From: an uncultured Eubacteriales bacterium
Lineage (GTDB): Bacteria; Bacillota; Clostridia; UMGS1883
Assembly (NCBI GenBank): GCA_905195005.1
Contig: CAJJUC010000002.1
Span: 1 to 42,660, forward strand
Length of the DNA: 42,660 bases
Direction: 5' to 3'
Below are positions 1 to 8,321 of the stretch, piece by piece (position 1 is the stretch's first letter; each line of letters opens with the position of its first letter). Made by a program: the position numbers and the translations under genes. Under the pieces are notes generated by a model that worked only from the letters and a program-made list of their open reading frames with translations, searched no databases and was not told the DNA's origin.

Positions 1-98
1 CTCACTATGCTTCTCCGTAACGGTTCCTTATATCTAAGTCTGCCTCCGGGAATCTCCCGAAGAACCGAAAGCCTGGATACAAACCCTGCCACGGTTAT

Positions 99-127
99 AG
101 TATACCACAGAATAGCCCCATTGTCAA
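99..127 (-). promoter_or_regulatory. Near-consensus sigma-A-type promoter firing leftward out of the window
   Basis: The minus strand reads TTGACA (127-122), a 17-nt spacer, then TATACT (104-99). The downstream leader contains the hairpin CUUCGGGA-GAU-UCCCGGAG (plus coordinates 44-62) and runs off the window edge. Confidence 0.5.
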
Positions 128-210
128 CCCTTATAGTAATATTTATTTTAATTATTTTATTAAGTATTCCCATAGGTAATATTTTTGCTTTTTTATTTCA
201 GTCTGAGAGA

Positions 211-729
211 TTATTCAGCATCATCTTCATCGTCGTCATCTGAGCTATGGCGTTTTGATGTAATATGAATAGCCACCAAAGCGCTTATCGCAAGGACGAT
301 TCCAACAGCAAGAAAAACTATCTGTGTTACCGGAATCGTCTCAGACTGTTTAGCATCTTTTTCTTCAGCTGCAGCAGCGTTTTGCTTATCGCGCGTTAAA
401 GTCATCAGCGTGGCAGGGGTATTGTTATCCGGATCGGGAATATCAATAGATGACTGTAAGCATGAAAGAACATAACTTTTGCTGCCGCCGATTTCTAATT
501 TCAGTACACCGGTTTCATCAACAGGAATTGCATTCGGGTACATACCGACATCAGTTTTTAATGTAAACTCTACGCCGGCCCAGCTTTGACCAAGCTGTAT
601 TTCCAGTTTCTGCGGCTCGACAACCTGTAACTCCGTACCGTCCGTGTCCGCATACACCGGGATGGCAACATTGCTGATACAAGTCAGTATAAGCAATGTT
701 AGTATTAATCTGTTTATTATATTTCTCAT
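211..729 (-). CDS. Small secreted, C-terminally membrane-anchored protein of unknown function
   Basis: 172 aa. It has an N-terminal signal peptide (LILTLLILTCISNVAIPVYA), a C-terminal TM helix (IVFLAVGIVLAISALVAIHI) and an acidic tail (SSDDDDEDDAE). A GAAAGGA RBS precedes the start. It lies directly downstream of the giant SLH protein gene. Confidence 0.7.
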   Translation of the reverse strand: MRNIINRLILTLLILTCISNVAIPVYADTDGTELQVVEPQKLEIQLGQSWAGVEFTLKTDVGMYPNAIPVDETGVLKLEIGGSKSYVLSCLQSSIDIPDPDNNTPATLMTLTRDKQNAAAAEEKDAKQSETIPVTQIVFLAVGIVLAISALVAIHITSKRHSSDDDDEDDAE

Positions 730-782
730 GTTTTTTCCTTTCTGTAATGAGGGAGCCGATTGTGCGACTCCCTCACACCAAT

Positions 783-3700
783 TTATTTGCTCCAGATTTC
801 GTTTGAACCGCCGGTTATTCCGGTATGATCATTTGATGCTTCAAAAATGTCATATGCTGCCCAGTGAGAATTGTTCTTAACATCTGTAAATCTGTTGAGA
901 ACAGTCAGATTTTTGTTAATAAATTCCGTATCGGCATTGCGTCCCGTTGCACGGTTAATAATCGTCACAACCTCAGCTCGTGTAACGACAATATCAGGTC
1001 TGAATGATCCATCGGAATAACCATTGAGCCATTTCTCACTTGTTGCATAGCTTATATTCTTAACTGCCCAGTAGTTATTTGAAAGGTCATTGTATTTTGT
1101 CGTATTCGATACTGATTTTACCTCATTAAATAACGAATAATAGCGAACTGCGATTGTAACGAATTCTGCTCGTGTAATTGATCCATCCGGACGGAATGTG
1201 CCATCTTCATATCCGCTTATGATATTATATTTTTCAAGATAACCAACAAAAGCAGAATACCATTCGTTGTTCGGTGTGTCCTTAAATGAAGGCGTTCCTT
1301 TCACAGACTCATTTTTCTTATCCGCGATAAGACGTGCAAAGATTGCCGCAGCTTCAGCACGGGACATATCGCCGTCAGGTCTGAATGAACCATCCGGGTA
1401 TCCCATAATATATGCCTTGTGTTTGCTTCCGGTAAGTATCAGCATACCGTTTTTATCCGTTGTGCCATTAGCTGTGTTATTTTTCTTATCTTTCAAAACG
1501 ATAGAAATTTCAGCCTTTGCATTGCCTTTATTGTCGGTTGCCTTAATGGTGTAGTAGTTATCACCTGTGAGATTTGCACCATTCGGAAGTGTCAGCGTGA
1601 TTTTGCCGTCCTTGTCGGTTGATTTTGAAACAGATACAGTTTTGCCGTTTTTGTCAGTTACTGTAATATTTGTGATATTGGAACTGATGTAGCTGCCACC
1701 GCTGCTGCCGCCACGACCACCACCACCGGAGGATGAGCCGCCACCTGTTGACTTGACGGGAACAGTAATTTTACCGTTTGTATCGGTAGATTTTGTTGCA
1801 GTTGTCTTATTTTTATCCGTAACGGTTACGGAAACATTTGCAACGCCTTTATTCTCATTATCAAGAACGGTTACGGTTGTCTGATTTGAAGTTGTGAGCG
1901 TATGCGTATCGGGAAGCGTAACGGTAATTTTGCCGTCCTTTATTTCGATATACGCATTTTCAATTTTTCCTTTGGTATCCTCAACGATAATGTTGTATTC
2001 CGTTTTTGATTCTTCGGTATTTTCCTTGCCGTCACCATCGGTATCCTTGCCGGGGATAGTTTCGGAAATATCCGTTTTTCCGTCCTTATCCGTTATGCCT
2101 TCGCTTGCAGGAGGGAGAATAATAACTCCGTCTTTATCGGTAATTCCCGTTAAAGATTTGATTTCCGTACCCTCGATGGCTTTTTCGGAAACAATAACAC
2201 TCATATCCTTTACAGCCGTATTATCCGCCTTGTTTGATACAGTTACGATAATTCTGTTCGCATAATCAAACTTTACGCCTTCGGGTAATTCAACAGAAAT
2301 ATTTTCTTCCGATTTAACGCTGCCGTCCTCATTTTTTACTTCGGCATTATGTGTGATATGTGCCTTTTCAATAGCTCCGACAGCATTTTTCACGATTACA
2401 ATATATCCGTCAACTTCGCCGTAGCCGTTGAAATCGGTAACATCAATGTTTGTCGGCGGCACGGTTGCTCTGCCGTTTTCGTCCGTAACATTGCTTTCCG
2501 TTCTTTCGGCTTTATCTGTAAAGATTACCGTCATATCTTTAACAGGCTTATCCTCGCTGTCGGTAATTGTAGCCGTTATGCGATTATCAATGTCAATCAA
2601 TGCTCCTTCGGGAAGCATAACATTTATCTGCCCCTCGCCGATAGTAATAAAGGCATTTTCGATAGGCTTTGTTTCGTCTGTAATTAAAACATTGTAGCCG
2701 TTGACTTTTGCTTTTCCCTCGCTGTCGGTAATATCCTCCGAAAGCGGCGGAACAACCATTTTTCCGTTTTCGTCAGTTTTGTCTGTCAGACTATTTTCCA
2801 CAGTGTCCGAAACGGTAACAGAAATGTCTTTCAAAGGATTTCCATCCTTGTCGGTTACGGTTACTGTAATGCGGTTTGCGTAGTCGATGCTTGTTTCGTC
2901 CGGCAATGTTACAGAAATTGTGCTGTCATCATTCAGCTTTACAAAAGCATTTTCAATAGCTCCGCTCTCGTCATTGACAAACACATACATTCCGTCAATT
3001 CGTACTTTACCCGTATTGTCCGTAAATCCGTCCTTTGCTGTCGGCAATGTAATTTTTCCGAACATATCTGTTACGCCTTTTTCTATGTAGTCCGCATCTC
3101 CGAGCGTTATAACCGTAATGCCCTGCTGCGGCTGTCCGTGCTGGTCGGTAACAGTTATAATAACAGGCAATTCGCTTGTCGGCTTAATGCCGTTCGGCAA
3201 ATCAACAACGATATTGTTGCTCTCGCCAATATACACTTCGCAATTCGGAATAACGACATTCATTTTGTCGGTTACTTTGACAACAAATGTGTTTTTCTTA
3301 TCCTCGTCGTCTTTACCGACCGTGCCGCTGTTATCACCGGTAGAGGTTTTGTTGTTCGGAACTTTAAGCTGACCGTTTTCATCTGTTTTACCCGTTGCAG
3401 CATTATTGTTCTCATCATAGACAAAAATCTGCAGTTCTGATTTCGGCTGCTGTGAATCCGTGTTAATTGCCGTGATTATTGTCTGATCCTCGTAGTCCAA
3501 AAGTCTTCCGCTTGGCAATTTGATAGTTACATTGTCATTTATATCAATAGAAATTTCACTGTCGAAGATCGGTTTGCCGTTTGCGTTGGTTACAAGGATA
3601 GAAAAATCACCGACCTTTGAGTTGCCGTCCTCATCGGTACGGTCTTTCTCTACAAGCTGCGGAATAGCAGTTCTTGAAAGCACCTCACCGCAAGTCAAGC

Positions 3701-6272
3701 ACTCAATATGCTTTTCGCCTGCCTGCTCAATTGTTGCAGGCTCGTCAATTATCCAATCTGACAGTTTATGCCCTGTCATATCCTTGTAGTCCGCCGTATA
3801 GGTTTTACCGCAGTTCTCGCAAGTGTATACGGTATATCCGGAAGCCGTACAAGTAGGCTCAGTTACATCAGCAATATAACTGTGATTGATTTTATCGGTG
3901 TAGTCGCTGATATATTTATAATCACAGTTTTTGCACTCGTATGTTGTATAACCAAGGGCTGTGCAAGTCGGAGCAGTTACGGTCTTTTTGTAGTCGTGAG
4001 CAGCTTTGTCAACATAGTCAGCCTTGTAGCTATCGCCGCAGCTTTCACAGGTGTATATTGTGTATCCCATTTCTGTGCAAGTGGGTGGAACTACGGTTTT
4101 CTTATAGTTGTGCTTTTCACAGTCGGTTAAATCGCCGATATACTCTTTTCCGCAATCAGGGCAAGTGTAAACGGTATAACCGTGTTCGGTGCAAGTAGGC
4201 GGAATAACCTTTTTGTCATAATTGTGTTCTGTTTTATCGGTATAATCCGCAACATAGGTATCGCCGCAGTCGGCACAGGTATAGGTTGTAAACCCAAATT
4301 CCGTACAAGTCGGTTTTGTGATTTCTGCTTTGTAATTGTGAGGCTTCTTTTCCGTGTAGTCTGAAATAAATTCATCATCACAGTTTTTACAAGTGTATGT
4401 TGTGTATCCCATAGCCGTACAACTCGGAGCAGTTACGGTCTTTTTGTAATCGTGTTCTGCCTTATCGGTGTAATCGCCGATATAGCTGTCATCGCAGTTA
4501 TCGCATTTGTATTCCGTATAACCCATAGCTGTGCAAGTAGGCATAACAACATTTTTGGAATAGCTGTGTCCTTTCGGAAGTGCTAATACCGTACCGCACT
4601 TTTCGCAAGTTTGCGGTTCTGTGCAAGTAGCCGCTTTGCCCGGTGTATGTCCTTTTGCACTTTCTGCCTTGATCATCTTTTCTTTGCAGCCTGCATTGGT
4701 GCAGTGATACTCAATCACACCGTCCGCCGTGCAGGTAGATGAAGTTACAGAATGACCTTCATCCCAATTATGACCTGTTGGCTCAGTGTAATCCGAAACA
4801 TAATTCAGTCCGCACATAGTACAGGTCGAGGTAGTATATCCTTTGTCGGTACAGGTTGACTCCTTTGTGATACGCTCATAGGCGTGCGAGATAATAGGTG
4901 TCATATCGGTAATATATGAGCTACCGCAGATTTCACAAATATGATTTGTATAGCCTACATTTCTGCAAGTGGGCTGCACTTTTTCGGTCTTGTATTTATG
5001 CTCACCGATGGGTGTTGTTTCCTCATAAAAGCTGCCGCACTTGTCACAAAGGTTTAATTTCAAACCGCCCTGCTTGCAAGTAGCTTCTCTTATGGTGATT
5101 GCTTTGTAATTATGTCCTGTTGCCTTTGTGTAATTACGCTTATCAAGATTACCGCAGTCATCGCACTGCCAGCGTTCATAACCGAGATTATCACAAGAGG
5201 GAGCAACGGTTTCGAGATAACGATAATCGTGTTCATGTTTTTCGGGCGGAATAATAACCGTTCCGCCGCTGTTGTCCTTATCGCTGTCATCGGCTAAAAG
5301 CCACACATACGATACGCCGTTTTCAACCATTGTTTCGCTGTCATACCGATAACTGATTTCATAGTATACCGGATAATATCCTGCATCGGTATAGTTTGGT
5401 GCAGAAGTAAGATTGCATTTTCCGGCAGAGGTACCGTAACGGATACTCGTATGTACGCCGCTGTCCGATAAATCTGCTACCGTTACGGTATGTGCTTTCT
5501 TGTCAACAGTTCCGTAATACGATGAAATCACTGATTTTGCAGTTATATATTCACTTGTTTCATAATCACAGTCATCGCATTTTTCAGATATGAAGAATCT
5601 GTTATTTCCGACCTGTGCGTCAATGGTTTCTGTAAAATCATGATACTCTCGCTGAGAGGTTGCTTTTGCTTTTGTGCCTTTGCAAAACTGACAATACCTG
5701 CCCGCTTTTAACAAAGTTGTATGATACGAGCTGTTGTATGGAGTATATGTGGTATTGTCAAAATCCAAGAAAAAGTTGTTATCACACTGATTAAGCGAAT
5801 AAACATTGAGGTTGAAATTATATTCCTTAACCCCGTCCGATGGATTCAATGTTCCGCAAATTTGGCAGATTGCCTTCGTCCAGTGCGAACCGGTGTAATA
5901 TGCGTCAATTCCCGGTCTGCCGTCATCAAGGTTTCCGTGGGATTTACCGTCAAAACAAGTTCCGTCCGAATATCTTACGCCTCGGTTAAGTGCCGTTTCA
6001 CCGGTTCTCGTATATTCGGGAACACGGTATATTATTGACAGTGTTTCCTTATTGCACACAAAACACCACTGCGTTCCTGAAGTTACAGTTGCGTTAGCGT
6101 CCAATTCGTTTGTACGGTTGTTTGTTTCCAGCCAGCTGTCGGCAGGATCGACATAATCATTCGATTGTGCCGCATAAGTCGTAATAGGTGTAACCATTGG
6201 CGAAACACCAATGAGCATTGAGGCGGTTAATACCGCAGATACAATCTTTTTAAGATTTTCTTTGATTTTCAT
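783..6272 (-). CDS. Giant SLH-anchored cell-surface protein (1829 aa): signal peptide, Cys-rich N-domain, 14 His/Cys3 modules, Ig-like/prealbumin-like repeats, three C-terminal SLH domains
   Basis: Uninterrupted 5.5-kb ORF with an AGGAGG RBS and a signal peptide (ASMLIGVSPMVTPITTYAA). The C-terminal 215 aa carry three SLH-type motifs (GYPDGSFRPDGDMSRAEAAAIFARL, GYEDGTFRPDGSITRAEFVTIAVR, GYSDGSFRPDIVVTRAEVVTIINR). Confidence 0.9.
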   Translation of the reverse strand: MKIKENLKKIVSAVLTASMLIGVSPMVTPITTYAAQSNDYVDPADSWLETNNRTNELDANATVTSGTQWCFVCNKETLSIIYRVPEYTRTGETALNRGVRYSDGTCFDGKSHGNLDDGRPGIDAYYTGSHWTKAICQICGTLNPSDGVKEYNFNLNVYSLNQCDNNFFLDFDNTTYTPYNSSYHTTLLKAGRYCQFCKGTKAKATSQREYHDFTETIDAQVGNNRFFISEKCDDCDYETSEYITAKSVISSYYGTVDKKAHTVTVADLSDSGVHTSIRYGTSAGKCNLTSAPNYTDAGYYPVYYEISYRYDSETMVENGVSYVWLLADDSDKDNSGGTVIIPPEKHEHDYRYLETVAPSCDNLGYERWQCDDCGNLDKRNYTKATGHNYKAITIREATCKQGGLKLNLCDKCGSFYEETTPIGEHKYKTEKVQPTCRNVGYTNHICEICGSSYITDMTPIISHAYERITKESTCTDKGYTTSTCTMCGLNYVSDYTEPTGHNWDEGHSVTSSTCTADGVIEYHCTNAGCKEKMIKAESAKGHTPGKAATCTEPQTCEKCGTVLALPKGHSYSKNVVMPTCTAMGYTEYKCDNCDDSYIGDYTDKAEHDYKKTVTAPSCTAMGYTTYTCKNCDDEFISDYTEKKPHNYKAEITKPTCTEFGFTTYTCADCGDTYVADYTDKTEHNYDKKVIPPTCTEHGYTVYTCPDCGKEYIGDLTDCEKHNYKKTVVPPTCTEMGYTIYTCESCGDSYKADYVDKAAHDYKKTVTAPTCTALGYTTYECKNCDYKYISDYTDKINHSYIADVTEPTCTASGYTVYTCENCGKTYTADYKDMTGHKLSDWIIDEPATIEQAGEKHIECLTCGEVLSRTAIPQLVEKDRTDEDGNSKVGDFSILVTNANGKPIFDSEISIDINDNVTIKLPSGRLLDYEDQTIITAINTDSQQPKSELQIFVYDENNNAATGKTDENGQLKVPNNKTSTGDNSGTVGKDDEDKKNTFVVKVTDKMNVVIPNCEVYIGESNNIVVDLPNGIKPTSELPVIITVTDQHGQPQQGITVITLGDADYIEKGVTDMFGKITLPTAKDGFTDNTGKVRIDGMYVFVNDESGAIENAFVKLNDDSTISVTLPDETSIDYANRITVTVTDKDGNPLKDISVTVSDTVENSLTDKTDENGKMVVPPLSEDITDSEGKAKVNGYNVLITDETKPIENAFITIGEGQINVMLPEGALIDIDNRITATITDSEDKPVKDMTVIFTDKAERTESNVTDENGRATVPPTNIDVTDFNGYGEVDGYIVIVKNAVGAIEKAHITHNAEVKNEDGSVKSEENISVELPEGVKFDYANRIIVTVSNKADNTAVKDMSVIVSEKAIEGTEIKSLTGITDKDGVIILPPASEGITDKDGKTDISETIPGKDTDGDGKENTEESKTEYNIIVEDTKGKIENAYIEIKDGKITVTLPDTHTLTTSNQTTVTVLDNENKGVANVSVTVTDKNKTTATKSTDTNGKITVPVKSTGGGSSSGGGGRGGSSGGSYISSNITNITVTDKNGKTVSVSKSTDKDGKITLTLPNGANLTGDNYYTIKATDNKGNAKAEISIVLKDKKNNTANGTTDKNGMLILTGSKHKAYIMGYPDGSFRPDGDMSRAEAAAIFARLIADKKNESVKGTPSFKDTPNNEWYSAFVGYLEKYNIISGYEDGTFRPDGSITRAEFVTIAVRYYSLFNEVKSVSNTTKYNDLSNNYWAVKNISYATSEKWLNGYSDGSFRPDIVVTRAEVVTIINRATGRNADTEFINKNLTVLNRFTDVKNNSHWAAYDIFEASNDHTGITGGSNEIWSK
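1431..3635 (-). repeat. About nine degenerate beta-sandwich-like repeats of about 85-95 aa, plus a Gly/Ser linker, within the giant protein
   Basis: Two motifs recur: TDENG[KQR]..VP and 'I[TS]V.LP.....D..N.ITVTV.D'. The linker is STGGGSSSGGGGRGGSSGGS (DNA about 1690-1745). Confidence 0.7.
3657..5231 (-). repeat. Fourteen tandem modules of about 38 aa, pattern H-x(9-11)-C-x4-G-x5-C-x2-C, within the giant protein (aa 348-872)
   Basis: An example module is HDYKKTVTAPSCTAMGYTTYTCKNCDDEFISDYTEKKP. At the DNA level, tcggagcagttacggtctttttgta occurs at both 3968-3992 and 4424-4448. Confidence 0.85.
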
Positions 6273-6295
6273 TTGAAAATTCCTCCTAAAAATTT

Positions 6296-6472
6296 TTATT
6301 TAAGTCCGTGTTCGGCGGACTTATCAACAATTTGTCTGAACTGAGAGCAGCTATTCCCGTTATGACAGCTCATATACGGACACATAGGCTCAAGCGGATC
6401 TAACAGTAATGCGTTAAGCCCGGTCTGACATCTCGGGCAAAGCAAACTGCCGGATAGGTTTACTGCATCCAT
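6296..6472 (-). CDS. Small Cys-rich protein (58 aa), below the 60-aa ORF-track cutoff
   Basis: Hand translation gives MDAVNLSGSLLCPRCQTGLNALLLDPLEPMCPYMSCHNGNSCSQFRQIVDKSAEHGLK. A GAGGTG RBS lies 8 nt upstream of the ATG at 6472, and the TAA stop is at 6298-6296. The ORF fills the gap between the YbjN-like gene and the giant protein gene exactly. It has five Cys, including CxxC. Confidence 0.55.
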   Translation of the reverse strand: MDAVNLSGSLLCPRCQTGLNALLLDPLEPMCPYMSCHNGNSCSQFRQIVDKSAEHGLK

Positions 6473-6495
6473 CTTATTTTCACCTCGCTTTCAGC

Positions 6496-6912
6496 TTACC
6501 CTGCAATTTTGAAGTAACCCTTATCCGCTTCGTCTATACAGCGGTTAAGAATTTCAAAAAAGCGCGAGGGGGTAAGTTCTTCATCAAGCCAATGAGTTGC
6601 CCTATAAGAATAGCAGCCAACTTCATCATTGATGGCATGGCTGCCGAGAATACTTTTAAGGTTCAATTCATTGGTCATCTGCTTTTGCTTCGCTGTACTC
6701 GGTGATTTAAGGCCTTTTGCAAGACAAAATACCATCAGCGGATGCAGCTCCGAAAAAGAAATCTGCAAATAGTAATTTCTATAATCAGTCATAATAGAAC
6801 TTTCATCTTCATCATGAACATTTAACTGATTAAGTATCATCGCTCTTGTATGAGCAGCGATTTCTTTTCGTTTCTTTTGCTCTTTAGTGCCGAGTTCATC
6901 ATTTAATGACAT
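6496..6912 (-). CDS. YbjN-like (chaperone-like fold) hypothetical protein
   Basis: 138 aa counted from the internal ATG at 6912, which has an AAGGAG RBS 9 nt upstream; the longer tracked start would overlap the upstream gene. Its size and the pattern NELNLKSILGSH...YSYRATHWLDEELTPSRFFEILNRCIDEA resemble the YbjN family. This assignment is by eye only. Confidence 0.6.
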   Translation of the reverse strand: MSLNDELGTKEQKKRKEIAAHTRAMILNQLNVHDEDESSIMTDYRNYYLQISFSELHPLMVFCLAKGLKSPSTAKQKQMTNELNLKSILGSHAINDEVGCYSYRATHWLDEELTPSRFFEILNRCIDEADKGYFKIAG

Positions 6913-6941
6913 ATACACGCACTCCTTTCTGCCACTAAAAA

Positions 6942-8252
6942 TCATCTTGGAGCAGAGATATGGGTTATGGCGCCCCAAATTCTGTTCGCCTCATAATTGA
7001 TACCGATAATACGGACCGTTGCTCTCGCACCTCTTGGAGGGCGGCCTCTTTTCGGATATGCACAAAGGCAATCAATTCCGCCGTCCAAAGCTACAAATAC
7101 ACCGTTTGTATCTACCAGACTGACAGTGCCAACATATTTATTGCCGATGCTGTACTTTCTGAGGGCTTTTTCATACGGATTTTCCGTTGCTTGTTTTACC
7201 GAAGCCAAAACCCGAACATCGTGATTTTTCCGTTCGACCTCAAGGATCTTAACAAGGATTCTCTGACCGGTTTGGAACTGTGATGCCGCATCAAGCAATC
7301 TTTGGTAGCTCAGCTCTTTCAGCGGGATATATGTTTCCAAACCGAAAAGGTCAACAAATATTCCCGCACGGATGACGGATACGACTCTGGCTTCAGCATT
7401 GATCCCGGAATGAATTATGTTGTTTCCGTCCCGGTCTGTTGCAAAGTAATACTGTCTGCGTTTTATACGCATTGCTTCAAGCCGGCTCGCAGCCGCAATT
7501 CTTGCATTTGCATCAATACCTTTGATAACATAATCGACCTCAGCGCCCATTCGTCTTGTCATCATATAGTTGAGAACCGTTTCTTTTGGTTGGTCATGAG
7601 TATCATCGGGTTCTTCCAAAAACTCGTTTGCAGGGATTAAGATTTTGAACTCACCGTGATAAATGACTGCAAGAGAATATGGATTGTTGGGCGATTGTTC
7701 GACGCCCTGGACCGTGCCGCTTAACAATACATTTGATTTCAAGGACTCTACAAGGTCGATGAGGTTATCTCTGAGCCTTTCCTCGTCGGTCTGGGCAATA
7801 AGCCTTTCATCAATAGCGATTACAGGTGTCCGTCTGGCCCGCTTTATTGTCGTGCTTGTTTTTTTGATAATCTTTGCTGCGTCATCTGTATTTTCCAAGC
7901 TGTCCGTATTCAATTTATCAGACTGAGATACAGTTGTTCCGCCTTCGGCGTTTTCAGCTTTGCCAGTCTTCTCGGTCTTGGATTCTTCGTTTTTTTCATG
8001 GGATGACATGTTACCCGGGTCAGAATCTTCAAAATCAGCATTGATTTCCGAGTCAGTTTGGAGAACATCTGAATTTTCAGTGCCTTCGGAACCCGGGATG
8101 GCATTCTGCGGCGAATTAACGCTGCTTTCAGAATCGGTCTGGGGAGAATTTTCCCCTTCGTCGATGCCCGCAGCCTGAGTATCGTTCATTTCCTCAGACT
8201 GAGTTTGAATTTCGGTCGGTTCAGCAATTGCGCGTGTTTGCTTTCTTGGCAT
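6942..8252 (-). CDS. S1 RNA-binding-domain protein with a long acidic, disordered N-terminus
   Basis: 436 aa with an AAAGGAGG RBS. The first ~130 aa of the N-terminus are rich in D/E/S/T. The C-terminal half has S1/OB-like segments (AEARVVSVIRAGIFVDLFGLETYIPLKELS; YVGTVSLVDTNGVFVALDGGIDCLC). Confidence 0.7.
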   Translation of the reverse strand: MPRKQTRAIAEPTEIQTQSEEMNDTQAAGIDEGENSPQTDSESSVNSPQNAIPGSEGTENSDVLQTDSEINADFEDSDPGNMSSHEKNEESKTEKTGKAENAEGGTTVSQSDKLNTDSLENTDDAAKIIKKTSTTIKRARRTPVIAIDERLIAQTDEERLRDNLIDLVESLKSNVLLSGTVQGVEQSPNNPYSLAVIYHGEFKILIPANEFLEEPDDTHDQPKETVLNYMMTRRMGAEVDYVIKGIDANARIAAASRLEAMRIKRRQYYFATDRDGNNIIHSGINAEARVVSVIRAGIFVDLFGLETYIPLKELSYQRLLDAASQFQTGQRILVKILEVERKNHDVRVLASVKQATENPYEKALRKYSIGNKYVGTVSLVDTNGVFVALDGGIDCLCAYPKRGRPPRGARATVRIIGINYEANRIWGAITHISAPR

Positions 8253-8321
8253 AAATTTTACCTCCTTTAAGGTTTCATAATTTTATATATAAACTCCCGA
8301 TTTTAACGGAAGAGAATATAA

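Noticed and set aside
1681-1745. GC-rich low-complexity DNA (ccaccgctgctgccgccacgaccaccaccaccgga...)
   Set aside because: It simply encodes the Gly/Ser linker of the giant protein. It is not a CRISPR array or a microsatellite locus of independent function.
3768-5297. Numerous 60-120-aa ORFs on both strands inside the giant protein gene
   Set aside because: They are repeat-driven alternative frames of the Cys-module array. All are nested in the uninterrupted 5.5-kb ORF.
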